A DNA stretch of 64,000 nucleotides from Octopus sinensis (Eukaryota): assembly GCF_006345805.1 (NCBI RefSeq), contig NC_043001.1, positions 39,432,001-39,496,000 on the forward strand. The letters run 5' to 3'. Position 1 is the stretch's first letter. Every line of letters begins with the position of its first letter. The translations under genes were made by a program, and so were the position numbers. The notes under the pieces are model-generated. The model ran no database searches. It saw only the letters and a program-made list of their open reading frames with translations, and had not been told where the DNA came from. Below, piece by piece: positions 12,970 through 26,039 of the stretch.

Positions 12970-14139
12970 CTAGCAGAAATACCCAGCATTGCCTGGGTTA
13001 AAGAAAATAGTGGAATTTTAAAATGCCTTTTAGATCTCTAACATGAAACATAGACTATGCAGGTCTTACCTGCTAGTAGCTGAGATACCTATTTTATACA
13101 TTAATAACCTAGCATTTCTCAGGTTATTGAAAATAATGAAATTTAACTATGCCTTTTAAACCTCTAAGTAAAATGAAACATGGATTATGCAGTTCTCAAC
13201 AGTAATTAACTAAGGTGCAAACTATTAATGTCAATAACATGTTTTATCCAATGTTTTCACTACTAAAATTGTTAAAAAACCTGGTAGTTCTTTGTCTTTG
13301 CAATCACCTTCAATTGTCAGTACTTATTTAAAACACATTGAACATAAATGGATAAATTTGAGAAGAACTGATCTACTATTAATGAGTACATTTAACAAAA
13401 ATTCTACCAGATGATATAAACAAATGTATTGAAACAAATCTGAAAATCAATCACGGTTTAATTATCTAGAACTTCTAAATATACAATGTGTCCTTTAATT
13501 GGTGTTTAAATGAAAAAATTTTGGGGACTTCCAACTCCTGAACATCCTACATATAATTTCCCATGAAAGAAGCAAGGTGAATTTCAACAACCTTGAGAGA
13601 CTGTTCTTGAGACTTGTTTATTGACATAGCGAAATTTAGTTTCATTGGGAACTGGAACTGTTTAAATTCAAAGGGGAGGTCATATGGGATTAACGGGATC
13701 CATGGAATGAAGACAACCTCACCCTTATAGTCCCCAGTCATAATTGTTGCCTCTAGGACATGGAGTTGCATTGCTTTCACCACCAGTTTGGTGCCATTAC
13801 ACAGACGAGGTGGATCCAGATTCCTGAGCAGCATGATTGGGGCGCCCTTTTTAAGTGTTTAGTTGTGAGATAGCTTACCAGAATGGCTGTAGAGAATTCA
13901 GGAACTCAGTTGGAAAAACTACAGCCTGGTCATGATCATTGACAATTTCAAAAGATTTGAAAGACTGTTCTTGTCCAGGCAACAGCTGCAAGTGATCCCA
14001 GTTATGGAATAATCAAGACGGTATTATTCTTTCCAAGGTCAAATTATTCATGAACCCCAAGTATGGTGCAGATTGATCCAGAGGTTTGAGCATGCATTGA
14101 GGACATACACACACAGACAGGGTATTTTGTATATTAAGA
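12970..14139 (-). mobile_element. Non-autonomous Helitron carrying a Pif1-like helicase fragment
   Basis: Minus strand A|TC...hairpin (cccagcattgcctggg, 12982-12997)...CTAG|T. ORF 13547-13834 gives MLLRNLDPPRLCNGTKLVV...QFPMKLNFAMSINKSQ. Confidence 0.85.
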
Positions 14140-16563
14140 TTAGTCAAGGGAGAAGCCGAAAAGAAGAAGTTTGCCAATATTCAGTGACATGAGGACCAAA
14201 GAACTGAAATATTTCAGATTGCAAGACAGTGTGTGAGATAAGATCATGACGTCATGAGAGAGAAATGTTTCTGCATAGATGACGGTGCACTTGCATTTAA
14301 TGATTCTGCAAAGAAAGAGGCTTAGAAATGCCGTTTTGAAAGACAGTTGAATGTGGAGATTGAATGGAAGGAGGAGAGTTTGCTAAATGTTGACCCAATT
14401 CAGGTACCAGCTACACGAATCAACGGTACCTATGTAGATAAAGCAATTAAGGATATGAAGGCAGGGAAAGCACCCAGTTCATCAGGAATCTCCGCTAAGA
14501 TTCTTAAAATATCTGGCAGTGTGGGTTATGGTCTAGTCACTTGTATTGTAAATCAGGTGGTTCACAAAAGAGTCATACCCAATGACTAGTGTATCAGCAC
14601 CTTAGTCAACAGCTACAAAGGTAAAGGTAATGCTTTAGATAGAAATAATTACAGAGGTATCAAATTGTTGGATTAGGTGATGAAAGTTATGGAGAGAGTC
14701 ATAGCCCAACTAATTAGGGAGAGGGTTATCTAAGATGAGATGCAGTTCGGTTTTGTGCCAGGGAGAAGCACCAGTGATGCTATATTTCTGGTAAGGCAGC
14801 TGAAGGAGAAATACCTAGCCAAAGATAAATCGCTGTACTTGGCCTTTGTTGATTTGGAGAAAGCTTTTGACAGTGTCCCCCGATTCCTTATCTGGTGGTC
14901 AATGCGAAAATTAGGGATAGACAAGTAGTTGGTGGGAGCTGTACAAGCTATGTACAGGGATGCTACCAGTAAAGTGAGGGTTGGCAATGAGTACAGTAAA
15001 GATTTCAGGGTACAAGTAGGGGTTCGCCAAGGATTGGAACTCTGTATGATGAACAAGAGGCTTGTTCATCATAGTCCTCCAGGCTATTACAGATGAATTT
15101 AAGACAAGCTGCCCCTGGGAGCACCTCTACACTGATGACCTTGCTCTTATAGCTGAACCACAACCAGAACTAAAGAAGTTCCAGGTATGGAAGCAAGGTC
15201 TAGAATCGAAGGGTCTTAGAATTAATGAATCAAAAACCAAAGTCTTAGTAAGTAGGAAGGCAGACAAATCACAAATCCCTTCAGGTAGATGGCCCTGCTC
15301 GGTCTGTAGAAAAGGTGTAGGTAGAAATTCCATATGATGCACTTGGTGTAAGATTTGAACACATAAAAAGGTGAGCAATATCAGAGGAAGCTAGACTTTG
15401 TATATGGAAGATGCACAGGTACAATAAACACTGAAAATAAGCAAAAAATAGACTCCATCAACAGGTAGAGGTAGTAGATAGCTTCTGTTATCCAGGTGAT
15501 CAAGTTAGTAGTGGAGGTGGATGGGCTGAGAGGATAGCTGTGAGAATAAGATTAGGCTGGGCAAAGTTCAGAGAGCTTCTACCTCTGCTGGTAACAAAGG
15601 GCTTCTCTCTCAGAATGAACAGCAGATTGTATGATGCCTATGTGCAAATGGCTATGCTAGATGGCAGTGAAACATGGGCTGTGACAGCCAAGGACGTGTG
15701 TAGGCTCGAAAGAAATGAAGCCAGTATGCTTCATTGGATGTGCAATATCAGTGTGCATGTTCAACAGAGTGTATGCATCTTGAGAGAAAAGTTAGGCATA
15801 AAAGATATCAGATGTGGTGTGCAAGAGAGATGACTGCACTGGTATGGTTATGTGATACATATGGATGAGAACAGCTGTGTAAAAATGTGCCAATCTCTTA
15901 CTGTGGAAGGAACCTGTGGTAGATGTAGATCCAGGAAGACATGGGACAAAGTGGTGAAGCATGAAATTTGAACTTTTGACATCACAGAAGCAATGACTAG
16001 TGACTGAGACCTTTGGTGATATGTTGTGCTTAAGAAGACTTGTGAAGCTTAATGAAATCCTTGTCATGGCTGATGTTGGTGTCACAAAACTGGCACCCAT
16101 GCTGGTGGCACATAAAGGGCACCACTCAAGCATTGGGCCTCCAGAGGCAAAGTGGCTGAGTTCCTTTCAAGTGTTGGGTCCCATGGAGGCATAAGTAGCT
16201 GAGTTTCTTTGAGCATTGGGCCTCACAGAGGCAAAGTGGCCAAGTTTTTTTTTTAATGTTGGGTCTCATGGAAGCAAAGTGGCTGAGCTCCTTTGAAGCA
16301 GTGGGTCTCATGGAAGCAATGACTGAGATCTTTGGCAATTATGTTGTGCTTGAGAAGAAGACCAGTATCATGCAAATGGCATCCATACTGGTGGCACGTT
16401 AAAGCACCCATTACACTCTCGGAGTGGTTGGTGTTAGGAAGGGCATCAAACCATAGAAAATCATGCCAAATCAGACTGGAGTCTGGTGCAACCTTCCAGT
16501 GTGCCAGCCCAGTCCAACCCATGTCAGCATGGACAACGGACATTAAATGATGATGATGATGAT
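14140..16563 (+). mobile_element. RTE LINE, decayed and 5'-truncated
   Basis: MQFGFVPGRSTSDAIF, LAFVDLEKAFD and YTDD segments, 3' UTR and (GAT)n tail. Confidence 0.92.
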
Positions 16564-16599
16564 ATATACACACATATATATACATATATATATATATAT

Positions 16600-16675
<76 letters not shown>

Positions 16676-17261
16676 GAAATATGTATTTAGAAACAAAAAT
16701 ATTTAAATCCAGCCAAATTCCATCCTCTCATTCAGATATTGTGAAAAAGAAAAGCATTGCTAAATAAATAATTTATTTGGTATGAACAAGAAGAAACAAA
16801 GAGTAATTTTGGTTAATATGCCATTTCAAAGTGAGAGTTTGGAAAAGGGCTCCTCAGTGGATTGGCACAAAAATTCTATTCTATAAGCAAAATGCTAATA
16901 ATTATGTAAAAGTAGTGTTTATTGAGGAGTTGAGTGAACAAAATATATTTCATCGGGATATGACCTCAGAATGTGCAAACACTAAATTTAATTTTGTCAT
17001 TATTTAATACAATACTGTACTATTTCTGTCACTTTAATATTTTATTGATATTCAAAAGTGGTGATGTTAAGAGAAGTTATTCACAAATATGTTTACAGAA
17101 ATTCATTTCTGTATTTGTTTGGCAAGATTACTTATGTAAAATTGTGTGTTGAAACAGATATTGTTCTGTTTGAGGATGTTCACTTTTTTTTTTTTTTGTG
17201 GGGAATGGGGGTGGCACAATTAACTACATGTACTATATAGTTGCTCTTCACTTCAGTTTTA

Positions 17262-17630
17262 TTATTACCTCCGCCTTGGCAAAGGCGGGGGTTTTGTTTT
17301 CAGTCGTGTTTGTTTGTTTATTTGTCCATGGGCAAGATATCTCAAGAACCGCTGGATGGATTCAGATGAAATTTTCAGTGATGTTTGGCCTCATGACTGG
17401 CATGAACTAATTAAGTTTTGGGATTGATCTGGACAAGAATTCTGGATTATTTTTCCTGTTTTTTTTTTACTTAATTTTTGAGAGTGGTTGGGTTCATTTT
17501 TATATTCTCATTTGTAAGCGCTTTCAAGTTTATTTCAGATATTCTCATTTTAAAAGTCATCTCAGGCTAATCATTGAGAGGACATTGATGTTGCTTTGGT
17601 GGAGGTTTGTGCTCTCTGCGAGCTCTTGTT
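17262..17630 (+). mobile_element. DINE-1/HINE-like non-autonomous Helentron-type element
   Basis: Starts ttattacctccgcc..ggcggggg, then a (GTTT)n tract, and ends ggtggaggt...ctcttgtt; architecture typical of DINE-1-like elements. Confidence 0.55.
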
Positions 17631-18139
17631 AATCTTATCTTAGTGTTGTTTTCAATTGGTCTATGGACTGTTGAGACCAATGAATGCCAACTATTTTAGT
17701 GTACAGAAATAGGTTTCTTTCTAAGATTACTTTCTTGCTAGAGTTAACCATAACCAGGAGTGAATTTGGATACTCGATCACATTCACCTTTACAAATCTC
17801 TTTAATACTTTATTTCATGTCTATGCAAATATCTACTTAATTCAATATTAGTCATATAATTATTTGGTTTATTTGTACTAATAAGAATTACAAAATCTAC
17901 GCTTATGAACTGCATTATTAAGTGTATGGATTAATAAAAGGGTAAAATATCAGAATCGCGTATATCTACAAGAAATTTATTGTATGTGCAATAAAATTTT
18001 TAAATTTTCAAAGTTTTACTTTCAATCATGAATATATATTAAGCTGTATATTCTACTCAAAAAAAGAATGAGCCAAAATATTTTCTAACTTGTGCTCTAA
18101 TGAATGTATTTTTTGTTAATAAACTGCTTACACACTTAC

Positions 18140-18181
18140 CTCCAGTTTTCTTTGAAATGTTAACATAATCACCATCCATGT
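18140..18181 (-). CDS. Host-gene exon type B (42 nt, phase 1-1), peptide (N)MDGDYVNISKKTG
   Basis: aatttcttaaAG|acatggatggtgattatgttaacatttcaaagaaaactggag|GTAAGT; open frame. Confidence 0.75.
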
Positions 18182-18425
18182 CTTTAAGAAATTAAAATAG
18201 GAACAAATAGCATGGCTATAAATAACATTTATTTTATGTTAGCACTGTGCTGATACTAGCATAATAAACACAATTGATATAGACTCATACTGACACAAAC
18301 ATACATGTATATAAATTAACAAATAAAAGTTAGAGAGTGACATATTTCATGAGACTTAGTTTTCTATTTAGTTTAAAATAATTTCTAAAGTTATGCTGTG
18401 TACTGACAATATCAATTGTACTTAC

Positions 18426-18485
18426 TTCGTTGCTTCATTTCTAAACATTTGGGCTCACTAATTTCAGCATATTGCTTTTCCACAG
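18426..18485 (-). CDS. Host-gene exon type A (60 nt, phase 1-1), peptide (A)VEKQYAEISEPKCLEMKQR
   Basis: ttttttgaAG|ctgtggaaaagcaatatgctgaaattagtgagcccaaatgtttagaaatgaagcaacgaa|GTAAGT; open frame. Confidence 0.75.
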
Positions 18486-18570
18486 CTTCAAAAAATGAAA
18501 TTAAATATTTGGTATATTTATTGTTTGGAGAGGATGTTTTTAATGTTTTGATGTTGCATGGAATGTAGTA

Positions 18571-18601
<31 letters not shown>

Positions 18602-19182
18602 AGTGTGTGTGTGTGTGAGTGTGAGTGAGTGTGTGTGTGTGTGTATGCATGTATGTATTTTTATTTATATTAAGGGCATTACTACACATAAATGCCTCAT
18701 GCTATGAAGGACTCTTAAAGTCAAAATTACCATAATAAAAATACAGTGTACCAAACATGAGGGAATGCAAATCTTGCGCCAAACTCTTAAAAAAAGATTC
18801 AGCCACAAATCATATATGATACCATTGTTAGTGTACAAAATACATTTTCTAATCATCAGTGCAGACATAATCAAGACACAAAAATAAACAGAAAAATCAA
18901 CATATCAGGTGATCACCAAATGTATCCAGCATAGTACATAGGGCTGTTCCCTCTTATATATCTATGTAAGAGGCAGGCTTTTCGAATTGCATCTCGGTAC
19001 ACATGTATATTCAAAATAATTCAGCACTGAATATATTCTGGTTAAATTAAAAATTATATAAATTTAAAATAATATAAATAAATATATTTAAAGGGAATAA
19101 TTATGAATTTTTCCCTTATAATGTTTTTTCACGCTGACTACTTGATAAATTCTTATAAAGATTTTATCCTATTTTATAATTT

Positions 19183-19217
<35 letters not shown>

Positions 19218-19980
19218 CACATATATATATACATACACACACACACACATATATATATAGATATATATATAATACTATATTGTATTATATATTTTATATA
19301 GAACCTTTTATTTAGAAACAAAAAATTTCTATATCCAGCCAATGTCCATGTATAGCCAAATAAATTTATTTGGTATAAACAAGAGGAAACAGAGCAATTT
19401 TGGTTAATATGCCATTTCAAAGTCAGAGTTTAAATTAAGTAGCACAAAAATTCTACCCTATGAACAAAATTCTAATAATTCTGTAAAAGTAGTACTTATT
19501 GAAAAGCAGAATGAACAAAATTCACTTCAATGGGATTTGATCACAGAATGTACTAACTCTAAATTTGATTCTCTCAATATTTAGTACAGTACTGTACATT
19601 TCTGTCACTTCAATATTTTATATGGTGATGTTACCATTAAGAGAAGTCATTCACAAGTATGTTTACAGCAATAATGGTCTTTCTAAGATTACTTTCTGGC
19701 AAGAGTTGTCCATAAGCAGGAGTGATTTGGGATATTCAACAAAAGCTGATTACATTCACCTTTTCAAATCTCTTCACTACTCTGTGTCTCATGTCGAGGC
19801 AAATATTAGTCATATAATTAACCGGTTTATCAGTATAAATAAAGTTCACAAGGTATATGCTTATAAACTGCATTATTAAATGTATCGATTAATAAAAGGG
19901 TAGCATATCAGAGTTGAATAGGAATACCTGCAAGAAGTTTTTTGTACACGTTTGAAAACGTTAACATTTTCAAAGCTTTG

Positions 19981-20138
19981 CAGTTGCAGCTGTGTGGTAA
20001 GGAGTTTACTTCCCAAACACAAGGTTCTGAGTTCAGTCCTACTGTGAAGCACCTTGGGCAAGTATATTCTTCTATAGCCATGAGCCAATGAATGCCTTGG
20101 AGTGGATTTGGTAGATGAAAACTGAAAGTAACCTGTTA
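19981..20138 (+). mobile_element. tRNA-derived SINE
   Basis: gctgtgtggtaag ... gagttcagtcc ... cttgggcaagt ... gagtggatttggtagatgaaaactgaaag. Confidence 0.75.
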
Positions 20139-20157
20139 TATATACATATACAAATAC

Positions 20158-22672
20158 ATCATCATCATCATCGATTAACATCCATTTTCCATGCTGGCAT
20201 GAGTTGGACAGTTTGACTGAGGTCTGGAGAGCCAGCGGCTGCACCAGGCTCCAATCTTATCTGGCAGTGTTTCTACAGCTGGATGCCCTTCCTAATGCCA
20301 ACCCTCCGAGAGTGTAGTGGATGCTTTTTACATGTCACTGGCACAGGAGCCAGTAAGGCAGACCTGGCAATGATCACATTCAGATGGTGCTTTTTACATA
20401 CCACTGGCAAAGGAGCCAGTCAGTGGGTACTGGCATCGGTCACAATCGGTTGGGGATTTTTCCATGCTACTGGCATGGGAGCCAGTCAGGTGGGCCTGGT
20501 ATCAACCACATTTGGATGGTGCTTTTTACGTGTCACTGGCACAGGAGCCAGTCTGAGGGTACTAGCATCGGCCGTGTTTGGTTGGTGCTTTTTATGTGCC
20601 ACCGGCATGGGAGCCAGTCAGGCAGATCTGGCATCAACCACATTTGGATGGTGCTTTTTACATGTCACTGGCATGGGAGCCAGTCTGAGGGTACTGACAT
20701 TGGCCACGTTCAGTTGGTCCTTTTTACATGCCACCAGCATGGGAGCCAGTCAGGGGGCACTGGCTCCAGCTACAATATTGGTTTTACTTGACTCAACAGG
20801 TCTTCTCAAGCATATCATATCACCCAACACATCAGCAGTATTCTTAACAGGACCGGACATGCATGGCAGCGATCTCACTTTAGCTGCTGGGTCTTCTCAA
20901 TCACACCATATCTCTAAAGGTCCTGGTCTCCTGTCATTGCCTTTGTTTGGTTCAATGTTTGAAGGTCATGCTTCACCACCTTATCCCATGTCTTCCTGGT
21001 TCTACTTTTTCCCTAGGTTCCTTGTACTGTTAGGGAGTGGCACTTCTTCACACAGCAGTCTTCATTCATACATAACACATAGCAATACCAGCACAGTCAC
21101 CTCTCTTGCACACCACATTTGATGCTTCTTACACCCAACTTTTCTCTCAGGGTGCTTACACTCTCAGAGCGACCACCCCCACTACAGACTTGGTCACCTA
21201 GGTAGCAGAAGCTATTAACCACTTCTAGTTTCTTCTCCTGGCATGTGATGGAATCTGTTTTCTGTACATCTTCAGCGTTCATTTCCTTAGTGCATCTTCC
21301 ATACAAAAACTATCTTCCAAGTTAAACTTCCTTTGATATTACTGCATCTTTTATTTGTCCACAGCTTACACCAGGTAACATCATATGAAGTTTCTACCCG
21401 TGCCTTTTCTACAGATTGTGCAGGCCATCTACCTGAAGGGGATTGTGATTTGACAGCCTTCCTACTTACTAAGACTTTGGTTTTGGCTATGTTAACACAA
21501 AGGCCCTTCGATTCTAGACCTTGCTTTCACACCCTAAACTTCATCTCCATTTCTGGCAGTGATTCAGCTATTAGAGCAAGGTCATCAGCATAAAGGAGCT
21601 CCCAGGGGTAACCTGTCTAGAATTCCTCAGGTATTGCCTGGAGGACTATAATGATCCTTGGTAAACCCCTACTTCTACTTGGAATTCTTCCCTATACTCA
21701 TTGCCAACCCTCACCTTACTGACAGTATCCTTGTACAGGACTTGTACAGCTCTTACCAGCCACTTGTCTATCCCCAGTTTCCGCATTGACCACCAGATAA
21801 GGGATTGGGGAAACCTGTCAAAGGCTTTCTCCAAGTCAATAAAAGCCAAGTACAGAGGTTTATCTTTGGCTAGATATTTCTCCTGCACTTGCCTTACCAG
21901 AAATATAGCATCAGTGGTGCTTCTGCCTGGGACAAAACTGAACTGCATCTAGACTAACTCTCTCCCTAATTAGTTGGGCTATGACCCTCTCTGGAACTTT
22001 CATCACATTATCCAATAATTTGATACCCTTGTAGTTACTTCTGTCTAAAGCATCACCTTGTAACAATTGACTATGGTGCTGCTACACTAGTCATTGGGTA
22101 TGACTCCTTCATGAACTATCTGATTTACAATGCAGGTGACAAGACCATAACCCACATCACCCAATATTTTAAGTATCCCAGCAGTTATTCCTGATGGGCC
22201 AGGTGCTTTCTCTGTCTTCATATCTTTATTGGCTCTATGTACCTGGATACTGTTGATTTGGATAGCTGGTCACTCAACTGGGTCAACCTTTGGCAGACTC
22301 TCCTCCTCCCATTCATTCTCCACATTCAGCAATCTTTCATAATGGCTTCTCCAACACATTTTCTTTGCAGAATCATTAAATGCAAGTGCACCATCATCCA
22401 TGCGGACACATTTCTCTCCTGTGACTTCACAGTTTTCTCTCACACACTGTCTTGCAATCCAAAATACTTCAGTTCTCTGATCCTCATGTCACTGAACATT
22501 GGCAAATGTCTTCTTTTTTGCTACTCCCTTGGCTATATATACCTGTCCCTTAGCTTCCCTTTTAGCTATCTGATATATTCTCCTGCCATCCCCACTCTCC
22601 CAGGCATTCCAAGCCTGTTTCTTTGCTCTAATGGCCCTGTCTACAGCATTGTTCCACCACCTTTTACCCTTA
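20158..22672 (-). mobile_element. RTE LINE (5'-truncated) with expanded 66-bp 3' UTR tandem repeat
   Basis: MQFSFVPGRSTTDAIF, FIDLEKAFD and YADD segments; about 7 repeats at 20320-20790. Confidence 0.92.
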
Positions 22673-22673
22673 C

Positions 22674-22719
<46 letters not shown>

Positions 22720-23055
22720 ATAAGTATATATTCTTTGTTTTTGTACCCATTGACAAGGTTGCAAAAGCAACAAACATTTTTGGAAGAGACAATAGAAAAT
22801 TGTAAGTGAATTGAAATTGAACAAAGAATAAATAGCATGGCTAGAAATAATACCTAAATTATGTTAGTATTGCGCTGACACAGACATAGTAAATACTACT
22901 GAGACAGGCTCAAACATTCTCACACACACACATACATGCATGTACACATACATTAACAGACAAAAGTTCGAGGGTGACATATTTCATGATTGTTACCTTT
23001 CTGTTTTTGTTCTTCTAAGATCATGCTATGTACTATCAATATTGATTATACTTAC

Positions 23056-23115
23056 CTGGGAGTCTCATACATAAATATTTGGGATCACTAATTTCAGCAT
23101 ATTGATCTTCCACAG
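23056..23115 (-). CDS. Host-gene exon type A (60 nt, phase 1-1), peptide (T)VEDQYAEISDPKYLCMRLP
   Basis: ttttttgaAG|ctgtggaagatcaatatgctgaaattagtgatcccaaatatttatgtatgagactcccag|GTAAGT; open frame; paralog of 18426-18485 and 11358-11417. Confidence 0.75.
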
Positions 23116-24379
23116 CTTCAAAAAATTATATAAAAATGGGCATATTTATTGTTTGGAGAGGATGATATATGGATATTGCACAGAAAGTAACTAAAAATAT
23201 TGGAAAACATATTGTACATTTCATATATATATATATATATATACAACCAAGCTGAATGTATAGTATAAGTTCTTCATCCTCTAACTGATGTATTGGAAAA
23301 AAGAAAAGAATTGCTTAATAAATTCATTTTGTATGAACAAAAGGAAACAAAGAGTAATTTTGGTAAAATGGCATTTCGAAATTTGTGCTTGGAGAGAAAG
23401 TTCTTCAGTAAATTGGCCTTCAAAATTTTATTCCATAATCAAAATGCCAATTTTATTAGAGAAATGATATGTAAGTTACTACATATAGGGTGGTTCACAG
23501 AATAAAATTTACTTCTGTGGCTTTTGAACTCAGAATATTGATTCTACTATTTCTGCCACGTTACCATTAAAAGTCATTCCTAAATATGGCTGGAGAAATA
23601 AGATATTTTTCATAATCCCTTTCAAGCTAGAGATATTCAAAAACAGGACTCATTATGGTTAATTATCAACAAAACATATATTATATAGAATGCATATATA
23701 CTTAGTAATTAAGTGGAGCATGCAGAAAAATATGTGTATAAAGTATGTGGATGATGTGGATGTATATATACATACATTTTATGCAATTATATGTACTTAT
23801 GTGGGTGAACTTAAAATATTTAGGTACATGTATGAATGCATAATCAAGTATGTAAGGAGATGTTTAGTGTGGAAAATGCCTGTTGTGCAAATTTACATTG
23901 CATGGGGTATTTAGAAAGGTTGTATTAAGTTGATATAAAATGGTTTCAATTTGGCATTAATTTTTAAAAAAACGAACTGGTATTTGAAAATTATAGATTA
24001 AAAATTGACTATTAAAAATAATAAAATAAATCTTAAAGAGTTAAATATTATTAAGGGAATAAGAATATGGGTTATATCACTAATAAGAAAAGGTATTAAG
24101 AGTGGGTTATAATATGGTAATTGATATTTTTAGAGTATATAGGTAATACTTATAGTGCAATTGAAACACTAAAAGGCAGGAATTATATAAAAATGGCAGG
24201 GTTTATATAAAAAGTATGTGATTAAGGTGATTAAGGTATGTATTATATATTATTATTTGCCAGAACAGAAGTGGGGAATTATTTATATTTAGAAATAATA
24301 TATTCGTGTGCATATAAACATTGGAAAATTTTCTCTGATCTACCATTTAAATGTTTATGCTACAAAAATAAAATATTGT

Positions 24380-25740
24380 GTGTCTCATCTAGGCAAAGTG
24401 AGCAGGTTTTTGGCTAGTAGTTCATACACACGAGCATTGCTTAGAATTTTCCATTTAATTTTATAAGTTATATTGCTATATTTTATTTTCCAGATAAATT
24501 TACTTAGGCCAGTGCTATTTCATTTACTGAGATTTCTAAAGGAGATTTGATGGTTTGCAATTCTAGATTTCACATAACACAAGGTTGCTCCAACATAATA
24601 GAAATATTTGCCTTCTGCTTCAACAGTTGCTTGGTATACTAGGTTTTTATGTTTACAGTAATTCTTAAATTTACAATTTTCTTTAACCCTACAATTTCAG
24701 AAATCACTTAAATGGTTATTAGATGTGTTATTTGTGTTTGTATTATTGTTTATGTGTTGTCTAGACATAACATGTTTGCCATTTATGTTTGAATATAATT
24801 TGTGTTGGTATTTGGAGGTGGGGTTATTTCTATTTGCGTAATATGCATCAAGTTTTACATTATTAAAAGATGATATATGTCTAAATAGGTTTTTAGTTAT
24901 TGAAAATCCAATCCATATTATTTTATTATTAATTATAGTACTATATTTATAAGAATTGAAATGTTTATTAATGATTGAATGAATTATGCAGATGAGGCTA
25001 ATCTGTATCTGCTTCCCATGAGGTAATATTAGCCAGATATTATTATTATCGTTTTAGTTATTGAAAATCCAATCCGTATTATTTTATTATTAATTATAGT
25101 ACTATATTTATTAGAATTGAAATGTTTATTAATGATCGAATGAATTATGTGGATGAGGCTAATCTTTATCTGCTTCCCATAAGGTAATATTAGCCAGATA
25201 TTATTATCGTTCTTACTCATGTATTCCTTGTTGTTTCCATGTGTATGTTTAATATATGGAGTATTTTTCTTACATTTTAAGGATATTTTAGTTTTTAGAT
25301 TGTTTTGTTGGTAGTTGGTTTCCTGTTGGTTGAAATTCGAATTTTTAATACCATTATAATTGCAATAGTTTTTATGTTTACCTTTATTCTTGTTAATGTT
25401 AGTTTTTAGGTCATTTTTATATATTACTATCAAATTTTCATTTATCTGCTTGTTACTCTTTATGTGTAGGTTATATTTATGTGGGTCAAATTGAATTTTT
25501 TGTTTATATCCTGCTATGCTATGTCATAATGGTCCTTATTTATATTAAAACTCTCTTGATTGGATGACAGATAGTAAATTCTATGTTAGATATTCTTAAC
25601 TAAGTAATTTGTGATTATTTTTGAATGATTACTTTCTATATTTATATATGTCAATTTAGAATTGGGTTTATGATATGGTGCATGGATACCTGTGAGTAAG
25701 TTAAAGTTAACATCAAGAAAATTTACTGAGTTGAATACAA
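24380..25740 (-). mobile_element. Penelope-like element 3' half (RT C-terminus plus GIY-YIG endonuclease)
   Basis: Minus: CKHKNLVYQATVEAEGKYFYYVGAT..KSRIANHQISF..STGLSKFIWK; NFLDVNFNL..PYHKPNSKLTYIN; internal ~160-bp direct duplication (24892-25210). Confidence 0.8.
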
Positions 25741-26039
25741 AATGTAAATACAAGAGCATGTGCGAAAAAAGAAAAAAAGAAAAAGGGGGGAAAAAGGAGG
25801 AAAGAAAGAACATGAAGAAGAACAAGAGGAAGGAAGGAGGAAGGTAAAGGGTAAGAGGAGGAAGACAAAAAGAAGAATATAGTAGGGAGAAGAGATTACT
25901 TTATCAGGAATAAAGAAATGGAATATTTTATGAGTGGTCAAAAATGTTGAGTTCTTGTCAAAAGATGACCTTTGATGATCTTTTGATTTGAGGTCATTTT
26001 ATTCATCACTCACAGCTGGTACACTGTGCCCCTACTCAA

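Noticed and set aside
20320-20790. CRISPR-like array
   Set aside because: The whole unit repeats with divergence, there are no unique spacers or cas genes, and the context is a eukaryotic LINE.
20283-21122. 279-aa ORF with 22-aa Cys/Trp/Gly repeats as a novel repeat protein
   Set aside because: It is the antisense reading of the 66-bp tandem repeat in an RTE 3' UTR; the period happens to be divisible by 3.
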